Below are positions 12,854 through 14,402 of a DNA stretch of 14,402 nt, piece after piece. The position numbers and the translations under genes were made by a program. Origin of the DNA: Candidatus Eiseniibacteriota bacterium (GTDB lineage: Bacteria; Eisenbacteria; RBG-16-71-46); the NCBI GenBank assembly GCA_031366795.1, contig JANLOX010000188.1, positions 1-14,402 of the forward strand, read 5' to 3'. Under the pieces are notes generated by a model. The model was not told the DNA's origin, made no database searches, and saw nothing but the letters and a program-made list of their open reading frames with translations. The stretch's first letter is position 1. Each line of letters starts with the position of its first letter.

Positions 12854-14224
12854 CTAGTTGTTGCTGGCCGTCATGCCCACCAGGCGCGGCGTCACAAAGA
12901 TGATCAGTTCGCGGTTCTGGCGCACGTTGCTGTTGGAGCGGAACAGCGCTCCCAGCAAGGGCAGGTCTTTCAAGTACGGGAGGCCACGGCGCACCATCGA
13001 TTCGTTCGTGCGGATCAAGCCGCCGATGACGGCCGTCTGGCCGTCCTCGACCATCACGCGCGTGTCCGCTTCGCTGGTGTTGATGATGATGCCGCCCTGA
13101 ACCGTGCTCTGCGCCGACAGGTCACTGACTTCCGGATGGAGATCCATGATGATCTTCTTGTCCTGGGTCAGGTGCGGCGTGACGCGGAGTTGGATACCGA
13201 TCGTCTGCAGCTGCGACACGGGGTTACCTGCGACGTCCTGCACGATGAGCGGAATCTTCTGGCCGACGACGATCTTGGCTTCGCGATTGTCGACGGTCGT
13301 GATACGCGGGTTCGAGATGATGTTCGCCTTGCGGTTCTGCGCCAGCAGCTGGAGCTGCGCCTCGACGAAGCCCCACGACTTCGACACGCCATAGCTCAAC
13401 CGCGTGGCCGGATCGCCGATGCTCGAACTGTGCGCGGCGCCCAGGACGTTCTGCGGGTTGTTGCCCGGGTGCAGGTAGTCCGGCGCAATCGGGCCGGTGC
13501 TGCTGAAGAATTTGCCCGCGCCGTTCAGCTGCGGTCCCACGTTCCACTCGATGCCGATGTTCTGCAGCGCTTCCGCATCGACATCGACCAGCTTGGCGGT
13601 GATTTCGATCTGCGGCGTGGTCGAGTCCAGCGCCAGCGCCATCTTCTCGACAGCGTCGAGGTTCGTCGGCAGGTCGCTCACGATCAGCGAGTTCGTCCGC
13701 TTCTCGACGAGGATCGAGCCGCGCTTGCTCATGCCCGCGACCAGCGCCGTCTGCAGTTCACCGGCATTGGCGTAGTTGAGCTTGATGACACGCGTTTCCA
13801 GCGGTGAGTTCTCCATCTGCTTCGTCTGGAGGGCCAACTGTTCAGTGCGTTCCGTCGCCAGCTTGGAGCGCTCTTCGACACGGATGATGTCGCCACCGTC
13901 GTCCGAGTAGTCCAGGTTGCAGCTGTAAAGAATCGTTTTCAGCGCATCGCGCCAGCTGACGTTCTGCAGCGCCACCGTGACACTCGCCTTCACTTCCTTG
14001 CCCACGATGATATTGCGTCCGCTGAATTCCGCGATCGCGCGGCAGACGGTGCGCACGTCCGCGCCATCGACATCGATCGAGAAGGTTCCGGGTCCGGTCC
14101 GCTGCAGTCCGACGCGTTGCGAGGCCGAACTCTCGGCCGCCACGACCGGACACGCCATCACCCCAACGAGCGTGCAGGCGATCATCACACTCGTAAGAGC
14201 ACCGAGCAGCTTAGCGATTCGCAT
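12854..14224 (-). CDS. pilQ: Type IV pilus/competence secretin PilQ (short HofQ/ComE-like architecture)
   Basis: Signal peptide; N0/STN (FSIDVDGADVRTVCRAIAEFSGRNII, VSWRDALKTIL); N-domain (TRVIKLNYANAGEL, EKRTNSLIVSD); secretin core (QIEITAKLVDV, IISNPRITTVDNREAKI, IGIQLRVTPH, VEDGQTAVIGG, LPLLGALFRS, ELIIFVTPRL). AAGGGAG SD; 456 aa. Confidence 0.93.
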   Translation of the reverse strand: MRIAKLLGALTSVMIACTLVGVMACPVVAAESSASQRVGLQRTGPGTFSIDVDGADVRTVCRAIAEFSGRNIIVGKEVKASVTVALQNVSWRDALKTILYSCNLDYSDDGGDIIRVEERSKLATERTEQLALQTKQMENSPLETRVIKLNYANAGELQTALVAGMSKRGSILVEKRTNSLIVSDLPTNLDAVEKMALALDSTTPQIEITAKLVDVDAEALQNIGIEWNVGPQLNGAGKFFSSTGPIAPDYLHPGNNPQNVLGAAHSSSIGDPATRLSYGVSKSWGFVEAQLQLLAQNRKANIISNPRITTVDNREAKIVVGQKIPLIVQDVAGNPVSQLQTIGIQLRVTPHLTQDKKIIMDLHPEVSDLSAQSTVQGGIIINTSEADTRVMVEDGQTAVIGGLIRTNESMVRRGLPYLKDLPLLGALFRSNSNVRQNRELIIFVTPRLVGMTASNN

Positions 14225-14402
14225 TCGAGTCGTCTCCCTTCCGGGTCAGCGGAATCTGCAGCAGTTCCGTCCCACCCTCCGTGGTGAGTTTCACAATGAC
14301 GGCGTCGCGACGCAGGCCGTCGACAACACCATTCATGACTTTGTCTCCGGTCCGCAGCACCCGGCTGTTGCCGCGCGGGTCCTCGACCAGGGCAAACTTG
14401 TC
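14211..14402 (-). CDS. pilP: PilP-like pilus assembly protein, C-terminal part (5' end outside the window)
   Basis: Not in the ORF track. Manual translation gives DKFALVEDPRGNSRVLRTGDKVMNGVVDGLRRDAVIVKLTTEGGTELLQIPLTRKGDDSNANR*, matching the PilP ALVxxPxGxxxxVxxGD beta pattern; it overlaps the pilQ start by 14 nt. Confidence 0.75.
   Translation of the reverse strand, partial: DKFALVEDPRGNSRVLRTGDKVMNGVVDGLRRDAVIVKLTTEGGTELLQIPLTRKGDDSNANR

Noticed and set aside
12650..13807. 385-aa plus-strand ORF and other long alternative-frame ORFs (e.g. 4070-5089 +, 9275-10108 +, 9387-10535 -)
   Set aside because: They overlap well-supported genes and show shadow-frame composition with no family motifs.
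1..14402. CRISPR array, IS element, integrase, prophage or defence system
   Set aside because: No regularly spaced repeats, terminal inverted repeats, or transposase, integrase, phage or nuclease motifs were seen, and composition looks uniform by eye.

Overview
GC-rich bacterial chromosome segment from a diderm (secretin, Lol-like proteins, lipid A-type acyltransferase). Every credible gene is on the minus strand. In transcription order (right to left): 3' end of a pilP-like gene, short AMIN-less pilQ/hofQ-type secretin, aroK, LolB/DUF4292-like lipoprotein, LolA-like periplasmic protein, rsmD, coaD, pta, FmdB-family zinc ribbon protein, full-length aconitase-family protein lacking its Fe-S ligands and catalytic motifs, obgE, HEAT-repeat protein, dprA, LpxL-like acyltransferase, 27-codon remnant of a 4HBT/YbgC thioesterase, structured ~250-nt intergenic region, GAF-GAF histidine-kinase-like protein lacking the phospho-His and N-box Asn, then tRNA-Phe(GAA) and tRNA-Thr(CGT). 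No mobile element or CRISPR array is visible. The most unusual items are two intact pseudoenzymes (pseudo-aconitase, pseudo-histidine kinase) inside a housekeeping gene run, and a coupled LolB-like/LolA-like pair where aroB usually follows pilQ-aroK. All family assignments come from motif recognition by eye; no searches were run.
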